Shown here: positions 9,846-18,248 of the stretch, one piece after another
How positions within the stretch are numbered: the stretch's first letter is position 1
How the letters are laid out: each line of letters begins with the position of its first letter
Assembly: GCF_006345805.1 (NCBI RefSeq)
Contig: NW_021824543.1
Coordinates: 1 to 18,248 of the forward strand
Direction: 5' to 3'
Source of the DNA: Octopus sinensis
Taxonomy: Eukaryota
Length of the DNA stretch: 18,248 nt
Made by a program: the position numbers and the translations under genes
The notes under the pieces: model-generated
What the model was told of the DNA's origin: nothing
What the model saw: the letters and a program-made list of their open reading frames with translations, nothing else
The model's database searches: none

Positions 9846-10543
9846 GTGGCAAAGTAATTTATTTTACTAAGCCCTAATTATATAATGTAATATTTTGAAT
9901 TCGCCTTAAATGGTCCTTTTACATACTGAACACTTGGTGAAATTGATTAATTAATTAATTTTACCCTCAATTGTTGATATTATAATTCATTTCTCTCGGT
10001 CATACTGCCTCGGTTCTCGCGGTTAAAATATAATGTTTGCTAGATAGACCACGTGGGTGGAATGGGGAGTGCAGAATGTTACGCCTGCGCATTTTGAATT
10101 TGTTGACACTGTTAGTTGGAGTGGTTCATCTGAAGCGACAAGTTCGATGATAGGTAAAGTTCCTGCTTTTTAGTGTTTCCAAATCCAAATTAAGAAATTT
10201 TGAGCTGACGAAAGAAATGCTGATTTTATTTGGCTAATCTTGAAACGTTGACGTACTCAAACGATCTACGTACTTGTGATATTTTTCTGTATTTACCCCC
10301 AAACCTTCGTGAGCTGTCTGGAGTAAACATTATCTGAGAGAAATTTTCTTTAAGTAGTAGAATGCTAAGAAAAATTTTTTTGGCTGCTATTTCTACTAAG
10401 TTCAGTATGTGGCAAAGTAATTTATTTTACTAAGCCCTAATTATATAATGTAATATTTTGAATTCGCCTTAAATGGTCCTTTTACATACTGAACACTTGG
10501 TGAAATTGATTAATTAATTAATTTTACCCTCAATTGTTGATAT
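9846..10543 (+). repeat. Identical 135-bp direct repeats (9846-9980, 10409-10543), period 563 bp
   Basis: Base-by-base comparison shows identity (gtggcaaagtaattt...caattgttgatat). Confidence 0.95.
10199..10261 (+). ncRNA. Type I hammerhead ribozyme, complete catalytic core
   Basis: Stem I tttgag/ctcaaa (10199-10204/10256-10261); CTGACGA 10205-10211; stem II aaga/tctt with inner gctga/ttggc; GAAA 10242-10245; stem III ACGT-TG-ACGT; GUA triplet with predicted cut after 10255. Confidence 0.88.
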
Positions 10544-10662
10544 CATATATATATATATATATATATATATGTAGGTCCCGGGTTGAGTCGGGGTTTTCAT
10601 CTGAATGAAACAGTTCTAGTCCTGTAGAAGCTCCTTCTATATATATATATATATATAGCTTT

Positions 10663-10990
10663 TATCTCTTATCTTTTACTAGATTCAATCATGCGGCCAT
10701 GCTGTAGCATCGCCTTGAAGAATTTTTTGTCGAATGGATCAACCCCCACCACTTATTATTTTAAAGCCTCCTATTTATTTTATCAGTGTCTTTTGCCGAA
10801 CCACAAGGTTACGGAGAAGTAAACACTTCAACACCGGCTGTCGAGCGGTGGTGTTGGACACACACGCACACACGAAAGTCCAGTCACAAGGCTTTGGCCG
10901 GCCCAAAGCTATAGTAAAAATCACTTGGGAATAAACCCGGAACCATGTGGATGGGAGGCAAGCATCCCACCACACTACTACGCCTGCGCC
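10663..10990 (-). mobile_element. SINE B, diverged and internally deleted
   Basis: Minus strand starts ggcgcaggcgtagtagtgtggtgg...cacatggttccggg and ends agtaaaagataagagata. Confidence 0.8.
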
Positions 10991-11137
10991 TGTATGAAAT
11001 TGTAAATCACATAAACTCTTCAACTTCCAGAATATCAATGTCCAGTATCTCGTCTAGACATTTTAAACAAATTCCATCAGTTAAATCTATTGGCTGGTGT
11101 GGATCCAAAGTTCCGCTTTACGTTATGTGTAGCCACC

Positions 11138-11555
11138 TATTTCTTTACTACCCACAAGGAGCTAAACACAGAGAGGACAAACAAGGACAGAAAAACGGAT
11201 TAAGTCGATTATATCGACCCCAGTGCGTAATTGGTACTTATTTAATCGACCCCGAAAGGATGAAAGGCAAAGTCGACCTCGGCGGAATTTGAACTCTGAA
11301 CGTAGTGGCAGACGAAATACCTATTTCTTTACTACCCACAAGGAGCTAAACACAGAGAGGACAAACAAGGACAGACAAACAGATTAAGTGGATTATATTG
11401 ACCCAATGCGTAACTGGTAATTAATTTATCGACCCCGAAAGGATGAAAGGCAAAGTCGACCTCGGCGGAATTTGAACTCTGAACGTAGCGGCAGACGAAA
11501 TACCGGCTAAGCATTTCGCCCGGCGTGCTAACGTTTCTGCCAGCTCGCCGCCTAA
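11138..11555 (-). mobile_element. SINE A dimer (head plus 2 units), 16-bp TSD
   Basis: Junction gaaatacc|tatttc at 11322. TSD gttatgtgtagccacc (11122-11137) and gttatgtgtaaccacc (11556-11571). Confidence 0.93.
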
Positions 11556-12094
11556 GTTATGTGTAACCACCATCTCGACACTGAGACAGACGAACCAGTC
11601 AAGAGCTTGGGAAATTCTTTAGCTGCTGCCAGAAGGACACAGTTGCAATTCCACAAACAAGCAAAGTTCTTGAGACCTGACTCGCCGAAATTGACAAACC
11701 TGGGTTATCCGATCACTTCAAGGGCTGGATGTACGAATATGAATTCCTGCCCAATATTTTGTAACCTCTATTTTTATATGATGCATACCTGTTGAAGTAG
11801 GTCACAGGTGTTTTATTGGTTGATCATTTGGTAATACTCTAAGCGGATTTGAAATTACTGGTGTAGTAAAAGAAGCAGGGGAATACATTTTATCCCCGAA
11901 GTCACAGTGAAAGATGCTTTCGCTTTGAATAATGAGAGCAGACATTACTTTTGCTACAAGGTTGCATACTGGGACTTGTTAAAAGCATCGGCGGGATCCA
12001 CTTAGCGTGAGCGCCTGTTACGGAACGCTACAAAGCCGCTTACGATCCGGGAAAACTCACTGATTACACATCCCAGAACTTCTGTGACACATAC

Positions 12095-12277
12095 AGTTCT
12101 ATATCTAAGAGATGAGGAATTCTGTACATTATTTACATTATTTACATTCGTCGGATTTTTGTCCTCATCTTGTTTGTTGTTAACACAACGTTTTGACTGA
12201 TATACCCTCCAGCCTTCATCAGGTGTCTTGGGGGAAATTTCGAAACTGGGTTCTCTTTCCTAAGGTGTTTTTCGATG

Positions 12278-12280
<3 letters not shown>
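12095..12280 (-). mobile_element. Penelope-like terminal fragment adjacent to (ATT)n
   Basis: Carries the HHR at 12182-12227 and abuts the ATT microsatellite. Left boundary is approximate. Confidence 0.65.
12182..12227 (-). ncRNA. Type I hammerhead, G12->A (probably inactive)
   Basis: Minus strand: gacac-CTGATGA-A-ggctg(gagggtatat)cagtc-AAAAC-GTT-gtgtt. Stems I and II are 5 bp each; stem III ACGT. Confidence 0.75.
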
Positions 12281-12342
<62 letters not shown>

Positions 12343-12351
12343 TATTATTAT
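12281..12351. repeat. (ATT)n microsatellite
   Basis: Directly visible; further ATT runs at 12878-12915 and 13157-13215. Confidence 0.95.
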
Positions 12352-12877
12352 TGTGTGAGAGAGCAGTTCATGCAATCAAAGTGACACTGGGGTAAAATAT
12401 ACGAAGCCCAATATACCCATCATGACTACCCGTCTGATAAAGGTACACCAGGCACATGCATCACAACCATATGTGCGCGACATGGTGATCTCATATCAAG
12501 ATAAACAGCACATGACCTTGCAGGTGGGGCCCAGTTAGAATTTTCTTCAGGTTGAGTAGCCCATCCTGCTCAAACGGTCCCTGAATAAGGGTTGCTTTAG
12601 GATGTTGAACGAAACACCTATGTTTCCAGAGGTGAACCATTCAAACTCCAAAGAATCCCTCTCAACACATGGCCATGATGCTCCCCCACTGCTTCTGCTC
12701 GTGATCAGAGATGCACATATCGTCAGCCACTAAGGGACATGCTCAACTGGTTATGGTCAAACAACTGACAAGCAAATCTGTGGTATTGAGCAGAATATTT
12801 GCTGTAGCCCATCTTTTATACCAAGACAAAACAATGTACATGATGACACTTCGAATCAGTTAAGATCAGAAGCCATG
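12352..12877 (-). mobile_element. Probable non-LTR retrotransposon 3' UTR fragment with (AAT)n tail
   Basis: Non-coding, more GC-balanced block bounded by ATT runs; recalled as a common octopus interspersed repeat (unverified). Confidence 0.5.
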
Positions 12878-12915
<38 letters not shown>

Positions 12916-12918
<3 letters not shown>

Positions 12919-13025
12919 TTTTTTTTCTTCTTTCAAATTTGCTTCCATTTCTTGCCTAGTGTCTTCCCGACTCCTAGGGCAAAGAAACTCATAGTATACG
13001 TTGGTAGGCCATTTAACTAAACTCA
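12916..13025 (-). mobile_element. Possible LINE 3'-end fragment with A-rich/(AAT)n tail
   Basis: Minus strand ends ...gcaaatttgaaagaagaaaaaaaaatagtaataataat. The family assignment is weak. Confidence 0.3.
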
Positions 13026-13215
13026 CTAGTTCGTTCATTTTTTTTTTATAGAAATAAAGTTAAATTAAAATACATGGGTAGTAATAGTTCTCACATCGGC
13101 AATGCTCTTCTCTATTACTACCCATGTATTTTAATTTAACTTTATTTCTATCAAAATTATTATTATTATTATTATTATTACTATTATTATTATTATTATT
13201 ATTATTATCATTATT

Positions 13216-13290
13216 CAAGTCACTGCCTGGAATTGAACTCGGAATCTTGGGGTTAGTAACCCTCGCTCTTAACCACTACGACTTATGCCC
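13216..13290 (-). mobile_element. Short tRNA-like SINE/pseudogene with (AAT)n tail
   Basis: Minus strand gggcataagtcgTAGTGGTTAAGagcgagggttactaaccccaagattccGAGTTCAATTCCaggcagtgact: A and B boxes at tRNA-like spacing, no paired acceptor stem, followed by an AAT run. Confidence 0.7.
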
Positions 13291-13324
13291 GTGATACATA
13301 TATTGGTACTACCTATGCGCGCGC

Positions 13325-13460
13325 ATGTGTGTTGTGTGTGTGTGTGCATGTGCATGTATATGTGTGTGTGTTTGCGTGTATGTACGTGTGTGCGTGTATG
13401 TATGTGTGTATCTGTGTGTATGTGCATGTGGACGTGTGTGTGTCCGTGTGTGTGTGTACA
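13325..13460. repeat. Degenerate (TG)n microsatellite
   Basis: Directly visible; source of C/V-rich ORFs. Confidence 0.9.
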
Positions 13461-13518
13461 GACAGGCGTATGTATATTGGTTTCCAATTTTGGTACAAAG
13501 CCATCAGTGTTAGGAGAG

Positions 13519-13640
13519 GAACCAAATCGATTAAATCGACCCCCCATTGCTCATCTGGTACTTATTTCACTGACCCAATTAAGGATGAAAGGCTAAGTCA
13601 ACCTCGGCGGAATTTGAACTCAGAACTTAGAGACCGACGA
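13519..13640 (-). mobile_element. Old diverged fragment related to SINE A central domain
   Basis: ctggtacttattt...aggatgaaaggctaagtcaacctcggcggaatttgaactcagaac matches SINE A units. Confidence 0.75.
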
Positions 13641-13795
13641 AAGAAATATGTATGTTATGCAATATACACCCGTGTGTTCATAGATTTATATTTACACACA
13701 TGCGTAGAACATGTAAATGCAGAGATAACATTTGAAAGGCAGTATATAATCAAGCTTGACGGCATATTTTGAATATTGGGTGGAAACTATGAAAT

Positions 13796-14167
13796 TTTGA
13801 CTGCGGCCATGCTGGAGCACCGCCTTTAATCGAGCAACTCGACCCCGGGACTTATTCTTTTGTAAGCCCAGTACTTATTCTATCGGTTTCTTTTGCCGCT
13901 AAGTGACGGGGACATAAACACACCAGCATCGGTTGTCAAGCAATGCTAGAGGGATAAACACAGACACACAAACATACACGCACATACATATATATACATA
14001 TATACGACGGGCTTCTTTCAGTTTCCGTCTACCAAATCCACTCACAAGGCATTGGTCGGCCCGAGGCTACAGTAGAAGACACTTGCCCAAGGTGCCAAAG
14101 AGTGGGACTGAACCCGGAACCATGTGGTTGGTTAGCAAGCTACTTACCACACAGCCACTCCTGCGCC
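13796..14167 (-). mobile_element. SINE B with complete 5' head
   Basis: Minus strand starts ggcgcaggagTGGCTGTGTGGtaag; B-box-like gggttcagtccc; internal microsatellite; 3' module lacks the terminal tail. Confidence 0.9.
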
Positions 14168-14200
14168 TGTGTGTATCCTTTTCTGAATATAACAATTTAT

Positions 14201-14926
14201 GGATCTTTACCTTTTGACCTACAGATTTAAAAAATAATCTTTTTTCACTAAACACTTTCAAACTTCGGACACTGGTAGAATGTGTCTTATAAAGCATCTT
14301 TTACTCTTAGCATTTTTGAGAAAAACTTGTATTTACGAAGTTATTTCACGTATTTCGTGAAGTTCTCGTATTTCGGTAATTTCAACCAATCAATGACGTG
14401 TATTCAGCTGAATAAAATTACTGCTGTTGTTTGTCAAAAAGAACTTCCGGCGGTGTATATTTCGTTTGTCACTGTTATTTATGACAACCCCAACCCTAAC
14501 CCTAAAACCTTAACCCTAACCCTAAAGCTTTAACCCTAACTCTAAAACCCTAACCCTAAAACCCTAGCCCTAACCCCAAAACCCCAACCCTAACCCTAAA
14601 ACCCTAATCCTAACCCTAAAAGCTTAAAACCAGTACAAACGCACGAACAATTTCATAAATAACACTGACAAACTATACACCGCCGATAGTTGTTGTTGAC
14701 AAACAACGGCAGTAATTTTATTCAGCTGAATACACGTCATTGATTGGTTGAAATTACCGAAATAGGACAATTTTAACACGAAATAACTTCGTAAATGTAA
14801 GATTTTCTCAAAAATGCTGAGAGTAAAAGATATTTTATATGACACATTCTACCAGTTTCCGAAGTTTGAAAGTGTTTAGTTACAAAAAATTATTTTTTAA
14901 ATCTGTCAGTCAAAAGGTAAAGATCC
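14201..14926. mobile_element. Foldback MITE, ~280-bp arms, perfect 8-bp TSD, telomere-like spacer (Merlin-like by GG ends and 8-bp TSD)
   Basis: Arms 14201-14484 and 14653-14926 are closely matching inverted copies; ends GGATC...GATCC; TSD caatttat at 14193-14200 and 14927-14934. The superfamily is inferred. Confidence 0.9.
14486..14625 (+). repeat. Interstitial telomere-like (CCCTAA)n/CCCTAAAA array with ~20-nt higher-order unit
   Basis: Repeating ccctaa-ccctaa-aa-ccctaa pattern with substitutions. Confidence 0.9.
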
Positions 14927-15393
14927 CAATTTATTACGTTCGGATTTGATTTATCAATGATTTAACTGCTACCTTCAGCATGTTATCAACCATTTAGATA
15001 TCTCTCTGTAGAATAACTTGAGCCACAAAGATTTTTAAAATGCAAAGAATAGAAAAATGACAAGGAAATTTGCAATTTTAAGGAAATTTACCGAGAAAAT
15101 GATGAGTAACAGGGAGAAAAGGAAAATGTATAATTGTATTGACAAAATCCATTGACGAAAATTGGAAAGTAGTTATTATAATAACTAAAATGTTGAAGAA
15201 TGGGAAAATGGCAGAGTTTTTGACAAATCGATGTAGTCAAGTGAAATTGGTAATTGTAGTCACTTTTTGTTGTTGTCCAGATTAAAGTTAAACATTGGAA
15301 AAATTACTGCATGCTGGCTTCGTTGAAACGGAGAATTGCAGTGAGTTAATGATGCATGCAACAAGTTTAAGATTTTCGGAAGAGACATATATT

Positions 15394-16130
15394 TATTTCT
15401 TTATTGCCCACGGGGGTTTAAATATAGAGGGGACAAACAACGACAAACAAAGGGATTAAGTCGATTACATCAACCCCAGTGCGTAACTGGTACTTATTTA
15501 ATCGGCCCCGAAAGGATGAAGGGGAAAGTCGACCTCAGAACGGCAGATGAAATACCTATTTCTTTACTACTCACAAGGGGCTAAACACAGAGAGGACAAA
15601 GAAGGATAGACAAACGGATTAATTCGATTATATCGACCCCAGTGCGTAAGTGGTACTTATTTAGTCGACCTTGGTGGAATTTGAACTCAGAACGTAGCGG
15701 CAGACGAAATACCTATTTCTTTACTACCCGCAAGGGGCTAAACACAGAGAGGACAAACAAGGACAAACAAACGGATTAAGTCGATTATATTGACCCCAGT
15801 GCATAACTGGTACTTATTTAATCGACCCCGAAAGGATGAAGGGCAAAGTCGACCTTGGCGGAATTTGAACTCAGAACGTAACGGCAGACGAAATACCTAT
15901 TTCTTTACTACCCACAAGGGGCTAAACACAGAGGGGACAAACAAGGACAGACAAACGGATGAAGCCCATTATATCGACTTCAGTGCGTAACTGGTACTTA
16001 ATTTATCGACCCCGGAAGGATGAAAGGCAAAGTCGACCTCGGCGGAATTTGAACTCAGAACGTAGCGACGGGCAAAATACCGCTAAGCATTTCGCCCAGC
16101 GTGCTAACGATTCTGCCAGCTCGCCGCCTT
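15394..16130 (-). mobile_element. SINE A tetramer (head plus 4 units, two with internal deletions), 15-bp TSD
   Basis: Unit starts 15394, 15557, 15714, 15898. TSD gaagagacatatatt (15379-15393) and gaagagacacatatt (16131-16145). Confidence 0.92.
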
Positions 16131-17024
16131 GAAGAGACACATATTAGTTAGCGAGGGGAAAAATGTGTTGATATTGTAGTTTATCAATCTGTAGGATAAA
16201 ATACTAGAGTAACACTTAGCATATACGTCGCTGCTATTTGTAGCATGGCGGAGAATTCTGAATGGCTTCTAACTGAATGCTTGAATTCTACGGAGAGCTC
16301 CGAATTAACCGAATGTATAAGAATAACGATGCAAGCCATATTTTCAATAACAAAACTATTTTATTAACCATTAAATGTTCTAATAACAACAAATAAAAGA
16401 AGCAAAGAAAAGAAGTGTTAATGATCGCTGATAGAGAGAAGGAAGAGAAGAGGCGACGACACAACTGATAAAGGCTGAGTAATATGGCGGAGCCGAAAAT
16501 GGCTGAATTTGAGACAAGAGAATGCGGTCGAGCGAAAGTAAATTTTGTATGTCAAAATATTGAAGAAAGAGACAATTTAATAAAGCGCAGAACAACTAAA
16601 TCAGGAAATGAAATATTGAAAGTTAACGCATGCCAAGTTACGCTCGAATTGTTTGGTGGTAAAACAAGATAAGACGGTAGTTACAAAAGGACTATTTCTT
16701 GCATGGCGGACAGCAACTGAGCGGCCACGGGAAAATGAAGAGCAGCAATGGAATTAGAAAGCAAACAACAGCGGTGGCTATGGCGGATGGGGAATTGGAA
16801 AAGTTTTGAATGTGGAAGAATTTAAGACAATTGCATGTAGTGAAGCAGAAGGCAACGTGACATGGCGAAATAATGTAGGAGATAGTATTGAGATATTGAG
16901 AAGCTGCTCAATTTTGATGAAAACACGCAAAACAGAATGTGAAATATGGAAACTATATTTACTTGATCGGACAAGCTGATAGTTCACCTTTGGACCGTAA
17001 TACCCCCACCTGTCTCTCTCTTTC

Positions 17025-17029
17025 TCAAA

Positions 17030-17062
<33 letters not shown>

Positions 17063-17066
17063 CACA

Positions 17067-17107
<41 letters not shown>

Positions 17108-17170
17108 CACACACACACACACACCACACACATATATATATACACACGCACACTTAGAAACATACACACA
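17025..17170. repeat. (CA)/(TA) microsatellite
   Basis: Directly visible. Confidence 0.95.
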
Positions 17171-17212
17171 TAACTTTATGTCTACAAACGAATATATGTG
17201 TTTGTGTGTAGC

Positions 17213-17745
17213 TATATGTTTGTGGGCTTTCAAATTCCGCCGAGGTCGACTTTGCCTTTCATCATTTCGGGTTCGATAAATAAAGTACCAGTTTCGCACT
17301 GGGGTCGATGTAATCGACTTAATCCGTTTGTCTGTTCTTGTTTGTCCCCTCTGTGTTTAACCCCTTGGGGGTAGTAAAGAAATATATATGTTTGTGGGCT
17401 TTCAAATTCCACCGAGGTCGATTTTGCCTTTCATCCTTTCGGGGTCGATAAATAAAGTACCAGTTTCGCACTGGGGTCGATGTAATCGACTTAATCCCTT
17501 TGTCTGTCCTTGTTTGTCCCTTCTAGGTTTAGTCCCTTGTAGGTAGTAAAGAAATATACCTTTGTGGGCTTTCAAATTCCGCCGAGGTCGATTTTGCCTT
17601 TCATCCTTTCGGGGTCGATAAATTAAGAACCAGTTACGCACTAGGGTCGATGTAATCGACTTAATCCCTTTCTCTGTCCTTGTTTGTCTCCTCTATGTTT
17701 AGCCCCTTGTGGGTAGTAAAGAAATATATATGTTTGTGGGCTTTG
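17213..17745 (+). mobile_element. Trimer of 5'-truncated SINE A, each unit including the target-site sequence
   Basis: caaattcc at 17231, 17403 and 17573 (period 172/170). The motif tatatgtttgtgggctt precedes units 1 and 2 and follows the last; it is a variant (tacctttgtgggctt) before unit 3. Confidence 0.88.
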
Positions 17746-17749
17746 TGGG

Positions 17750-18053
17750 CCGAAGCTTGCTTCGCAATCACATGGTTCAGGGTTCAGTCCTCTTGAGAAA
17801 ATGTCATCTACCAAAGTGTCTTCTACCATACATACATAAATATATGTGTGTGTGTGTGCGTGTGGTGGGGGGTTTGTATCTGTCTTTGTCCTCTACAAGC
17901 ACTTGACAACCCTTTCTGGTGGTTCTGTTTTCCTGTAACGGTTCAGCAAAAGAGATCGATAGTATAAGTGCTGGGATCAATACATTCGACTAAAAGTTCT
18001 TCAAGGCTGTGCCCCAGCATGGCCACAATCTAATGACTGAACCAAGTAAAAGA
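17750..18053 (+). mobile_element. Diverged SINE B
   Basis: gaagcttgcttcgcaatcacatggttcagggttcagtcc ... aaggctgtgccccagcatggccacaatctaatgactgaaccaagtaaaaga. Confidence 0.75.
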
Positions 18054-18072
18054 CGTGTTTGTCTGTGGGTAA

Positions 18073-18105
<33 letters not shown>

Positions 18106-18170
18106 ATATAATATATGTACACACAAATACACACACACGCAAATATATATAATGATAAACAATAAACGTC

Positions 18171-18248
18171 GCCCTTTTCAAGCTAGCCAGGCTCATGGGC
18201 CCGGTTTCCCGGTTTCCGTGGCGTATGTGTCCCCCCCCCCCTAGCTGG
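18171..18248 (-). mobile_element. SINE C 3' end (runs off window)
   Basis: Near-identical to 1397-1473. Confidence 0.8.

Larger units (their letters stand above)
9237..10544. mobile_element. Composite stack of related HHR-bearing Penelope/retrozyme-like modules between two (TA)n runs
   Basis: Inverted divergent terminal module 9245-9415, foldback 9368-9472, HHR at 9549 plus a divergent terminal module ~9715-9843, then a 563-bp unit with identical 135-bp repeats and an HHR at 10199. Confidence 0.7.

Noticed and set aside
11559-12060. 78-aa ORF and a KAAYD peptide reminiscent of RT motif KAFD
   Set aside because: No extended frame or other RT motifs.
14486-14625. True chromosome end
   Set aside because: The array is short, degenerate and enclosed within a TSD-flanked element, with sequence continuing on both sides.
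16484-16672. 62-aa ORF starting at a good ATG context (MAEPKMAEF...)
   Set aside because: No recognisable homology or splice structure; its ATG is one of the ATGGCGGA motifs reported separately.

Overview
This is eukaryotic, AT-rich, almost entirely repeat-derived non-coding DNA. The repeat content looks like octopus/coleoid cephalopod intron or intergenic sequence, which I infer from recalled repeat families and have not tested by search. I cannot support any protein-coding gene; every ORF with a traceable source comes from microsatellites or SINEs, and the few in unique sequence are unrecognisable. Contents: (1) tRNA-derived SINE 'A' as a monomer, dimer, tetramer and octamer, with the multimers bounded by 15-17 bp TSDs, plus a trimer that carries its TSD inside each unit; (2) composite SINE 'B' with an internal microsatellite; (3) SINE 'C' and a short tRNA-like SINE; (4) two related GGATC-terminated MITEs carrying TTAGGG-type repeats, one with a perfect 8-bp TSD; (5) abundant TA, CA, GATA and ATT microsatellites. 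The main result is a dense set of type I hammerhead ribozyme (HHR) motifs with self-complementary stem III, mostly next to microsatellites and typical of Penelope-like element (PLE) ends or retrozymes. One has a complete core (10199-10261) and sits in a 563-bp unit with identical 135-bp terminal repeats. Two have intact cores and unusually large stem II insertions (6613-6751, 9549-9632). Two are single-substitution variants (9084-9121, 12182-12227), and four are more degenerate relics. All folds were worked out by eye, not computed.
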